Source of the DNA: a virus
Lineage: Duplodnaviria > Caudoviricetes
Direction: 5' to 3' (one strand)
Length of the DNA: 64,000 nt
Virus record (IMG/VR): IMGVR_UViG_3300028048_000054
Program-made: the position numbers and the translations under genes
Shown here: in pieces, positions 54,751-62,547 of the stretch
Layout: every line of letters starts with the position of its first letter
Numbering within the stretch: position 1 is the first letter of the stretch
The notes under the pieces: generated by a model
Told to the model about the DNA's origin: nothing
Databases searched by the model: none
What the model saw: the letters and a program-made list of their open reading frames with translations, nothing else

Positions 54751-55792
54751 CAAGAAATACAAATCGGTAGACCAGGGTCTTTTAGCCAAAGCATCTGACC
54801 AAGTGGCACAAGTTGATTGGATTTCAACCAACATCTATGCTCTTGACCGTGTGATGGGTAAAGGACTTCCCAGAGGTCGTATCGTGGAAATTTGGGGTGC
54901 TAGTGCGTCTGGTAAATCTACCACTGCACTCCAGATTATAGCAGCAGTACAAAAACAAGGTGGGTTAGCCGCATTTATTGATGCCGAGCAAACTTACAAT
55001 GATAAATGGGCTGCTGCCTGTGGAATTGACAACGAAAACTTGTTGTTAGTTAAACCAGACTACGGTGAACAAGCATTGGACATTGTAGAAGATTTAATTG
55101 ACACTGGCGAAATGGACTTAATCGTTGTTGATAGTGTCCCTGGATTACTTCCTAAAGCAATTGCTGATAAAGACGTAGGGGAGTCCACAATTGGTGAACA
55201 AGCACGTATGATGAGCAAGTTCTTACAAAAGGTTACAGGTAAGTTGGCTAAAACCAAAACTTCCTTAATCTTAATCAACCAAACAAGAACCAAAATTGGT
55301 GTAATGTATGGTGACCCAACTGCTCTTCCTGGTGGTGCTGCTATTGAGTTCTTCTCGTCTATTATTATGAAAGTAGGCAGAGATAAAAAGAGAACTATCT
55401 TTGACAAACAAACAGGTGACCCTATCGGACACGTAATGATTGTTAAAGACACCAAAAACAAAGTATCTTCTCCGTATCGTGAAGCAGAATATATGTTCTA
55501 CTATCACAAAGGGGTAGATAACAGACAAACGATTGTAGAAGAAGCCATTGCCAAAGGTGTAATTGTTAAACCTGAATCTGGCCCCACATATCGTATCTTT
55601 ATGAACGGTGAAGAACACAAAATCATCGGTGTAGGCAATATCGTTGATTATTTAGCCGAACATAAAGATGTAGCCAAGTATGTGATTGCTCAAGCAGGTA
55701 TTCCAGAATACTATCAAAATGCTTTTGAAACATACGAAGAATTAAATACAGAGGTTGAAATTAAACCATCTGTAGAGGAAGAAAATAAATGA
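54716..55792 (+). CDS. recA: RecA recombinase
   Basis: GLPRGRIVEIWGASASGKST, AAFIDAE, PDYGEQAL, LIVVDSV, QARMMS, INQ, IGVMYGDP, GGAAIEFFSS. Confidence 0.95.
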   Translation: MSNLDKILSSLNKKYKSVDQGLLAKASDQVAQVDWISTNIYALDRVMGKGLPRGRIVEIWGASASGKSTTALQIIAAVQKQGGLAAFIDAEQTYNDKWAAACGIDNENLLLVKPDYGEQALDIVEDLIDTGEMDLIVVDSVPGLLPKAIADKDVGESTIGEQARMMSKFLQKVTGKLAKTKTSLILINQTRTKIGVMYGDPTALPGGAAIEFFSSIIMKVGRDKKRTIFDKQTGDPIGHVMIVKDTKNKVSSPYREAEYMFYYHKGVDNRQTIVEEAIAKGVIVKPESGPTYRIFMNGEEHKIIGVGNIVDYLAEHKDVAKYVIAQAGIPEYYQNAFETYEELNTEVEIKPSVEEENK

Positions 55793-56391
55793 AAGTCAAA
55801 ATCAAACGTCTGTGGATTAATGTGATGTTGAAATTGGCAGGTCTTCTCGGTGTTATTAGTGGATGGCTGTGCAAACTGTCCGTCAAATTAGCAACCTACG
55901 CAGAAGATACTAATGCTAAATGGTTCTATGTTCAATCATACGTGTTAGGTGCGGAATCTGAAATTTCTGATGCTATCCGTGATGGTAAAGAACTTCCTGT
56001 GAAACCTGTTGCTATTGTAGCAGATGGTGGGACCTATTATTTAGCATATGACTACGAGTTACATAAAGTACGGGAAATGAAAAAAACTCGTGTGTATAAA
56101 ACCAAAGAAGAAGCATATGATGCCATCAAAGGTTTTATTACAACTCGTAACACCTGCTCAATTACAATTGACGAAGCGTCTGAAACTGGTACGGTTGCGT
56201 TTACATCGGAACCTGTGTTTAAGTCAACTACTGTTACTACTGTTGTAACCGAACCTGTGAAGAAAGGTAATGGTAAACGTCATATTAAACACGACAAAAA
56301 ACAAGCCAAAACCTTGATTAAAAAAGGTAATGGCAAGTACAACAAAAAACCACAGCCCAAAAAGAAAGTGGTTAAAAAATCAGGTAAATAA
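55789..56391 (+). CDS. Hypothetical protein with hydrophobic N-terminus and Lys-rich tail
   Basis: 200 aa; tail contains KKGNGK twice. Confidence 0.5.
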   Translation: MKVKIKRLWINVMLKLAGLLGVISGWLCKLSVKLATYAEDTNAKWFYVQSYVLGAESEISDAIRDGKELPVKPVAIVADGGTYYLAYDYELHKVREMKKTRVYKTKEEAYDAIKGFITTRNTCSITIDEASETGTVAFTSEPVFKSTTVTTVVTEPVKKGNGKRHIKHDKKQAKTLIKKGNGKYNKKPQPKKKVVKKSGK

Positions 56392-56393
56392 TA

Positions 56394-57254
56394 ATGTTCA
56401 TATACATCTCGGACCTACATTTAAGTGATAAACAGCCAATATCCCGTGTGGATAGTGTATTTGATGCTGGGATGTATAAACTAGAATATGTATTAAAGAG
56501 GGCAAAGGAACTAGGTACTTTTGTGATTTGTGGTGGAGATTTCTTCCACGAACCACGGGTAAGTTATAAAATGCTCAACGGTGTTTTAGACTTGCTTAAT
56601 AAGTACAAAGTTGATGTGTATACAGTGTTTGGAAACCACGACTTGATAGGGGTGAACCAACTGGACGAAAGTGCAGCCATATTTACCCTTATCAAGAGTG
56701 GCCTGGTGAAGAAATTAGACGTTATGGAAACACCAGAGTATGTGATTGAGGCAGCCCATTATGTAAAAGAGATACCACAATCATACTTTATGAAGACCAA
56801 ATCGGAATCTAAAAAGAAGATACTTGTTATACACAACTCTTTAATACCAGTGAAAGTTCGTTTTGACCATATCTTGTTAAAAGATTTCAAAACGGATGCA
56901 GACTGGGTCCTCTGCGGGCACATACACCAGTTTTGGGATAAGAAAATCAAAAATGTACAATATGTTTCCCCAGGTTGTTTAGTTAGACGGTCAATAGCAG
57001 AAAAAGACCTTGAACCTTGTATGGTTATTGTAAATGGTAGTGTGGAAGTTGAGAAGATTCCATTACCAAAACCAGCAGAGTGGTGTGTTACTACCTCAGA
57101 AGAAGTTACACAGGCTCTTTCAACTGCTATAAATGACTCTAAAATTGAAGCCAGCCAGATTGAGGACTACATTAATTCTAGTGAATACGAACGAAAGGTT
57201 AAAGACTTTTGTTTAGATAAGATTAAAGAGGTAAGGACTAACAATGCCGATTGA
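56394..57254 (+). CDS. Mre11/SbcD-like nuclease
   Basis: SDLH, GGDFFH, GNHD, VIH, GHIH, SPG phosphoesterase motifs. Confidence 0.9.
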   Translation: MFIYISDLHLSDKQPISRVDSVFDAGMYKLEYVLKRAKELGTFVICGGDFFHEPRVSYKMLNGVLDLLNKYKVDVYTVFGNHDLIGVNQLDESAAIFTLIKSGLVKKLDVMETPEYVIEAAHYVKEIPQSYFMKTKSESKKKILVIHNSLIPVKVRFDHILLKDFKTDADWVLCGHIHQFWDKKIKNVQYVSPGCLVRRSIAEKDLEPCMVIVNGSVEVEKIPLPKPAEWCVTTSEEVTQALSTAINDSKIEASQIEDYINSSEYERKVKDFCLDKIKEVRTNNAD

Positions 57255-57492
57255 TTTAAGTGAAGTAATGGGAACTGTTAATCAATTAAAAATGATGCGT
57301 TCGTCTTTAGATGGCCGCCTAGAACAGTTGAAGTCCCAATTAAACACACAATTGAAGCCAGAATTTGAAAAGTTAGGTGTATCTACCGATAACATTGAAG
57401 AAGTTATACGTGTTGAGGAAGAAGAACTTAAAAATGCCTATGCCAAATTACAGGCTACAATTAGCGAAGTAAATAGTAACCTGGGTAAATAG
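57244..57492 (+). CDS. Small coiled-coil protein, possibly part of split Rad50/SbcC
   Basis: 82 aa heptad-rich, between Mre11 and the Rad50 C-terminal half. Confidence 0.5.
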   Translation: MPIDLSEVMGTVNQLKMMRSSLDGRLEQLKSQLNTQLKPEFEKLGVSTDNIEEVIRVEEEELKNAYAKLQATISEVNSNLGK

Positions 57493-57493
57493 T

Positions 57494-58153
57494 ATGCAGA
57501 ATCTACTGAACGCAATTAATAATCTCGATAAGAACGTGGCCTATATGCAGTCTAAATTGGACGATAGTATTGCTCGTAAACACACATTAGAAGAAACCAT
57601 ACAGACCGCAACTGAACTTAAAGATGTTTATACTAAAAGTGTAGCATTATTTAAGGAAGCATCTATTAATTGCCAGAAACAAACTAATGACCGCATATCG
57701 AATATCATTACCAAACTCTACCAGTTTGTGTTTGAGAATAATGATAGAGTCATTATAACTACTGAAATTAAACGTAATATTCCCGTAGCATCTGTTTTAA
57801 TTGAGACAGAAAAGAACGGCGAGACTATTACTTTAGACCCAGTAGAAGAAGATGGTGGTGGTAAATTAGATATTATTTCATTGGGTTTAAGGTTGGCTGG
57901 GTTACTTTTATATACTCCACAATTAAACAGGGTACTAATATTGGACGAGCCACTTAAAAACTTATCAACTAATGAAACATCTGCCAAAGCATATAGACAG
58001 AGAACGGCAGAGTTTTTGAAGATGATTTGTGAAGAGTATGGAATCCAAATTATAATGACCACGCACGATAAAGCATTTGTGGACATTGCCGACAAGAAGT
58101 TTGTGGTAGAATTGGAAGAGGATAGTTATGCGACTGTCAGCGATAGAGAATAA
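57494..58153 (+). CDS. Rad50/SbcC C-terminal half (split ABC ATPase)
   Basis: Coiled coil, signature-like DGGG..DIISLGLRLA, Walker B/D-loop LILDEPLKNLS, H-loop IIMTTHD; no Walker A. Confidence 0.85.
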   Translation: MQNLLNAINNLDKNVAYMQSKLDDSIARKHTLEETIQTATELKDVYTKSVALFKEASINCQKQTNDRISNIITKLYQFVFENNDRVIITTEIKRNIPVASVLIETEKNGETITLDPVEEDGGGKLDIISLGLRLAGLLLYTPQLNRVLILDEPLKNLSTNETSAKAYRQRTAEFLKMICEEYGIQIIMTTHDKAFVDIADKKFVVELEEDSYATVSDRE

Positions 58154-58856
58154 ACTAATACACGACAATAACTTTACCCTACTTGGCACTTCCATATCTG
58201 GGGTTGATAACTATGTTGGTCCAATGGTAGCCTGTTCAGTTATACTTGACTACTTTGCTCTACCAAAAGACCTTAAAAAGTTTATCGATGGGGAAAAGAT
58301 GTCAGACGTAGAGTTCAAGCAGTTTGTAAAAGAACTGCGCTACGTTGAGTTTTATGTAATGGAAGCCGATGTTATCAATACATTAAAAGACGTAGAACTA
58401 GCAGAACATATGACCAAATTTAACTGTGCTAATAAGTTAGTGTGGCGTATGTTACAAAAATGTGAAGTACCAGATGCGTACATAACAGCCGACAAAGACC
58501 TTACGGAAGTTATTGATACTACGGTTGATTCGGTACATAGTGAACGTGGTGATAGATATGTGTTATGGAATACTAATCACTCGTTGGAATTAGTGACACC
58601 TAAAGCATTGTTCATTACCAAGCCAGTTGATAAGTCTATTACTACAAGGGTTGCGAAAAGATTTGCTGACTTATTGTTAAAAAACAAACTCTCTCAATTA
58701 GATGCCCAAACTGAATCTAAATACTATATGAGTGAGTTCCCTGGTGAGAAGCAAGTACAGTATGTGGCGAAGTACGGTAACACTATTAATCATCGTGTAT
58801 TTCTGCCTAGATTATCAAAATATCCAGTGGGGCAGTTAATGTGGAGTGACAAATGA
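58128..58856 (+). CDS. RNase HII-like protein, degenerate active site
   Basis: [17 protein letters not shown] resembles [30 protein letters not shown] resembles the C-terminal xGxxxxHR; the catalytic DE is not intact. Confidence 0.45.
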   Translation: [242 protein letters not shown]

Positions 58857-59455
58857 CAGAATTAATTATTGGTATGGACAATGGCACAACAGCCTCATAC
58901 ACAGCCATTGATGTGGACGGAAATTTCTTACACTTTGGTCACGTTCCAACTTTCCAATTACAAAAGTGGACTAAACCAAAGAAAGATAAAAAGGGTAAGT
59001 TAACTAATGGTCATATAACAGTAATTGATATAAAAGCCTTGAAAGAAGAATTTACAAAACTTTTATACGAAAACAAGATTACACCAGACCAAGTGAAATG
59101 CTATCTAGAACGGCCAGCAGTAGGGTTTAGTGGCTGGTCGGTATGGACTTCCCTATCTGGTATAGCGGCTTGGGTGGCAGTGCAGTATGTTTTATTAGAT
59201 TTGGGTATTGAATATTTTACCATAGATAGTAGAGAGTGGCAAGAAAATTTAATACCACAAGCCTTGGGTACATCTTCTAAAAAGTCTGGTACAAAAACCA
59301 AGAAGAAAGCAGGTGAACGTAATAAGGCTTTGAAAATTGCTTCAGATGAATTAGCATTAAACTTATATCCAGAAGCAACACTTAAAGATAGTGGTGACGG
59401 TGATTCAATTTGTATCGCCTACAACTATTACCTAAAGGAAGTGAATAAATTATGA
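58853..59455 (+). CDS. RuvC-like Holliday junction resolvase
   Basis: IIGMDNG, YLERP, SREWQ, GDSICIA acidic motifs. Confidence 0.75.
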   Translation: MTELIIGMDNGTTASYTAIDVDGNFLHFGHVPTFQLQKWTKPKKDKKGKLTNGHITVIDIKALKEEFTKLLYENKITPDQVKCYLERPAVGFSGWSVWTSLSGIAAWVAVQYVLLDLGIEYFTIDSREWQENLIPQALGTSSKKSGTKTKKKAGERNKALKIASDELALNLYPEATLKDSGDGDSICIAYNYYLKEVNKL

Positions 59456-59634
59456 AATGCGATTACTGTGGAAAAGAAATGACGAAGTTTTGCTATGCTA
59501 TTCCATCTGGCAACTATGGTAATAGAAAGCCCTGGGCACTATGTACTAAAAAGTGTGTAGATGCTATGGTTAGGTCATATTTGAAAAAGCAGAAAATTAA
59601 TAAGGAGAAACGCAATGCCAAAAAAGGAAAGTAA
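59452..59634 (+). CDS. Small Zn-finger protein (TRASH-like)
   Basis: 60 aa, CDYCGK...LCTKKC. Confidence 0.6.
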   Translation: MKCDYCGKEMTKFCYAIPSGNYGNRKPWALCTKKCVDAMVRSYLKKQKINKEKRNAKKGK

Positions 59635-60022
59635 GGAATCAGCACCTACAGTGTATGCTGTCTGTAAGATTTGTGGGAGCTTATTTCCTATGGAAGCAAA
59701 CAAGGATGTTCCTGATTGCTGTGGTCGTCAATCTTGTATTGAGACACTCAATAAGAGTCGTGTAGTAGCAACACCTATCTATGGTACTAATGTAAATGTT
59801 ATTACTTATGTAGATGGGTTTGGTGCCACTGTAGAAGAACGCCCTATTGTTGATTCGGACCCAAATAATGTAAAATTAACAAAGGACGTTGATACTACAA
59901 AAAAGGACAGAGACAATGCCAAAAAAATTGACAAAGATTTCGACAAAAGATTCGGTAACAAAGCAAAAAAATCAACTGCTAAAAAAGCCAAGTCTGGAAG
60001 AGTTTCTAAATCAAGCAAGTAA
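59615..60022 (+). CDS. Zn-finger protein with Lys-rich tail
   Basis: AAGGAG SD; CKICG...CCGRQSC. Confidence 0.6.
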   Translation: MPKKESKESAPTVYAVCKICGSLFPMEANKDVPDCCGRQSCIETLNKSRVVATPIYGTNVNVITYVDGFGATVEERPIVDSDPNNVKLTKDVDTTKKDRDNAKKIDKDFDKRFGNKAKKSTAKKAKSGRVSKSSK

Positions 60023-60224
60023 ATGGCACGATAAGTGGGGTGCAATTTGTACCCCACCCTTCGACAATAAGCAGACCTACTTAGATTACCAGAAAATGTT
60101 TTATATTCAAAATATACAAGATTTATCTGGTGCTGACTATAATAAGATGGTTCAGGCCCACACTAAAAATGTAAAGGAACGTCTTAATAAAGTCCTATCA
60201 AATTTGACAAAGAAAGGGAAATAA
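59916..60224 (+). CDS. Hypothetical protein overlapping the upstream gene
   Basis: Likely start ATG 59916 (MPKKLTK) with AAGGA SD; fills the gap to 60228. Confidence 0.45.
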   Translation: MPKKLTKISTKDSVTKQKNQLLKKPSLEEFLNQASKWHDKWGAICTPPFDNKQTYLDYQKMFYIQNIQDLSGADYNKMVQAHTKNVKERLNKVLSNLTKKGK

Positions 60225-60227
60225 GTT

Positions 60228-60587
60228 ATGATTAAGAAAGAAAATTTTTGTAGATTAATTAACACAATACATCAGTATCACGATTCGTTAGAGGACGTGA
60301 GAGAAGTAATGCCAGGGCTGCAAGAAGATATTATGGACTTGACAGGTGACTTACTTTCTGAGATTGTTGTATTTTTAGATTCTGAATTAAACCTTCCTAT
60401 CATTGAACATATAGGGTCTACCATTAGTTGGTGGTTGTGGGAGTGCAACTTTGGAAAAGACCACCCAGATGTGACAATGAAAGATAGAGATACTGGTAAG
60501 GAAACGACTTTTCATTTAGATACAGTTGAAAAATTGTATGATTATCTTGTAAAGTACGAGGTTAATTTTGAAGTACATAACGATTAA
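60228..60587 (+). CDS. Hypothetical protein
   Basis: 119 aa; ISWWLWECNFGK...LYDYL pattern seen in small phage proteins. Confidence 0.55.
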   Translation: MIKKENFCRLINTIHQYHDSLEDVREVMPGLQEDIMDLTGDLLSEIVVFLDSELNLPIIEHIGSTISWWLWECNFGKDHPDVTMKDRDTGKETTFHLDTVEKLYDYLVKYEVNFEVHND

Positions 60588-60912
60588 AGAAGAAGACACC
60601 AACGGAATATTCTGTTTTGGTGATTTGTATAAACAACTAGGAATAGTAGAGTTTTCTGAAAAACGTGGTGGATTTATTCGCTCTGTAGACCAAATAAGAG
60701 CAAACAAGAAAACCATAGAACACTTACACGACATATTTATTAAAAATGTTAAAGTAAGTAAGGATAAGCGTGTAAAATCATATCGTAAAGAGTATCGTGA
60801 CCGTTTAGTTGCTTGGGATTTGTTATTATGGGCACCAGCAACAGATGATACTATACCTGATATGCAAATTGGTTTAGACGAAGATAAAGATAAATATGAT
60901 AAACTCAGTTAG
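60568..60912 (+). CDS. Hypothetical protein
   Basis: 114 aa, TTG start with GAGG SD. Confidence 0.5.
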   Translation: MKYITIKEEDTNGIFCFGDLYKQLGIVEFSEKRGGFIRSVDQIRANKKTIEHLHDIFIKNVKVSKDKRVKSYRKEYRDRLVAWDLLLWAPATDDTIPDMQIGLDEDKDKYDKLS

Positions 60913-62011
60913 ATTAAAAGATTTCCAATCTCACAAGGACAGTAAATTTGATTTTGTACCTGGTGTCAACGTCATCACTGGGGTTTCTGGTGTTGGTAAA
61001 TCTTCTGTAATTCGTGCTCTGAATTATGTATTTACCAATAAGAAACCTAATGGTGTTGAGTACAAACGCAGACCAGATGCCAAAGGGTTTGAGATTGAAG
61101 TGGATATAGACGGGCATAAAATTCACCGTGTTAAATCTACCAAAGCCAATGAGTACAGAATTGACGGTGAAACATACAAAGATATTGGTATAACAGTGCC
61201 TGATAAGGTGTTTGAACTATCTAACATACGTTCTATCAAAGTAGGGACAGATGAGTTCAATGTGCAATTGGCCAAACAATTTGACCCTCACTTCCTGATG
61301 TTCTTGCCAGATTCAGCAAAGGTTAAGTTCTTAAACCGCTTGTCTGGTTCACATATACTTGATATTGCTTTAAAAGAGACCAATAAGGACTTGTTGGACC
61401 TTGAAAAAGAACGGTTAAGTAGTGAGAACGAGTTGGGTCAGGTACAGGCAACCATAAATAATTTGGTGGAAGTTATAGACCCAATTAAAGTGGTTGTGGC
61501 CGATGCTCGTGTACAGTATGAACAGATGGCCGAAGATGCCAAAAGATTAGAGGCATTGAAGTTAGCAAAGAGCCATTTAGACGTATGGAAGAAGCAGAAA
61601 CAAGAGTTTGATTCCATACAATATGTTCTGTCTAAAGTTAATATAGAGGGATTTGAAAAGGCCGTAGTAAGATTAAATGACCTTAAAACTCTTCATAGCA
61701 ACTTTAAACGGACCTATGGTGAAGCCAACCGTGTTCTAGCCGCTATTCAGAAGATAGACTCTTTAGATGTAACTGGGCTAGAGCAGAAGAAAGAGAGGGT
61801 TGACAAATTGCGCGAATTATGGTATAATTATAGGGACGTGGAAGAAGAAATAAACAGTGTGGTAAGACAGCAACAGGACTTAGATGATAAGATTGAAAAA
61901 CAAATCATTACTGTGAAGTTATTCCTTGAGAATACGCCTGTCTGCCCGACCTGTAATTCCACAATTACAAAGGCAAAAATTAAACAAATTATAGGGGAAC
62001 TTTCAAAATGA
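60896..62011 (+). CDS. Rad50/SbcC N-terminal half (split ABC ATPase) with zinc hook
   Basis: INSVRLKDFQSH, GVNVITGVSGVGKSSVIRAL, Q-loop KQFD, coiled coil, CPTC hook near the C-terminus. Confidence 0.9.
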   Translation: MINSVRLKDFQSHKDSKFDFVPGVNVITGVSGVGKSSVIRALNYVFTNKKPNGVEYKRRPDAKGFEIEVDIDGHKIHRVKSTKANEYRIDGETYKDIGITVPDKVFELSNIRSIKVGTDEFNVQLAKQFDPHFLMFLPDSAKVKFLNRLSGSHILDIALKETNKDLLDLEKERLSSENELGQVQATINNLVEVIDPIKVVVADARVQYEQMAEDAKRLEALKLAKSHLDVWKKQKQEFDSIQYVLSKVNIEGFEKAVVRLNDLKTLHSNFKRTYGEANRVLAAIQKIDSLDVTGLEQKKERVDKLRELWYNYRDVEEEINSVVRQQQDLDDKIEKQIITVKLFLENTPVCPTCNSTITKAKIKQIIGELSK

Positions 62012-62547
62012 GTGAAAAAAGATGCTTGAAATTAGTTAAAAAAATTGCTGAGTGCAAACAAAAAGGTATGCACCCTAAAGTAATTAGACGGTTGGAAAAG
62101 AAGTTAGAGGGTGCAATTTGTCATCACGTATTTCCCGAATTATCTGAACAAAGTCAGAGTGTGTTCCAGTCAGTGAGATGTACACTTCTGACCATTATTA
62201 ATAGTGCCACAGATTTTCGTGGTGATAAAGCAAACGAATTGGATGCTGAATCACAACTTGGTGTATTTTTAAGTCCTAACAATAATACCGTAAAAACAGG
62301 TGATTTTAAACAATCTGATGTGTTTAAAGCCCTGCGTGAATTGGCATTGAGTCTAACAAAAATTAATTCAAATTTACATGCTAATATCTTATTAGTATCA
62401 GGTATGTTAAATTCGTTTTATAAACAAGGTTATGAAATCCTTGGCATTAATAAAGATGACTTAAATTTAGACCCATATTTTAATAAATGTGGTCTATTAG
62501 CCGATAAACTGGCGGATATGGTAATCGGAGATATGGGGAATAAGTAA
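62008..62547 (+). CDS. Hypothetical protein
   Basis: 179 aa, overlapping both neighbours (ATGA / TAATG). Confidence 0.55.
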   Translation: MSEKRCLKLVKKIAECKQKGMHPKVIRRLEKKLEGAICHHVFPELSEQSQSVFQSVRCTLLTIINSATDFRGDKANELDAESQLGVFLSPNNNTVKTGDFKQSDVFKALRELALSLTKINSNLHANILLVSGMLNSFYKQGYEILGINKDDLNLDPYFNKCGLLADKLADMVIGDMGNK

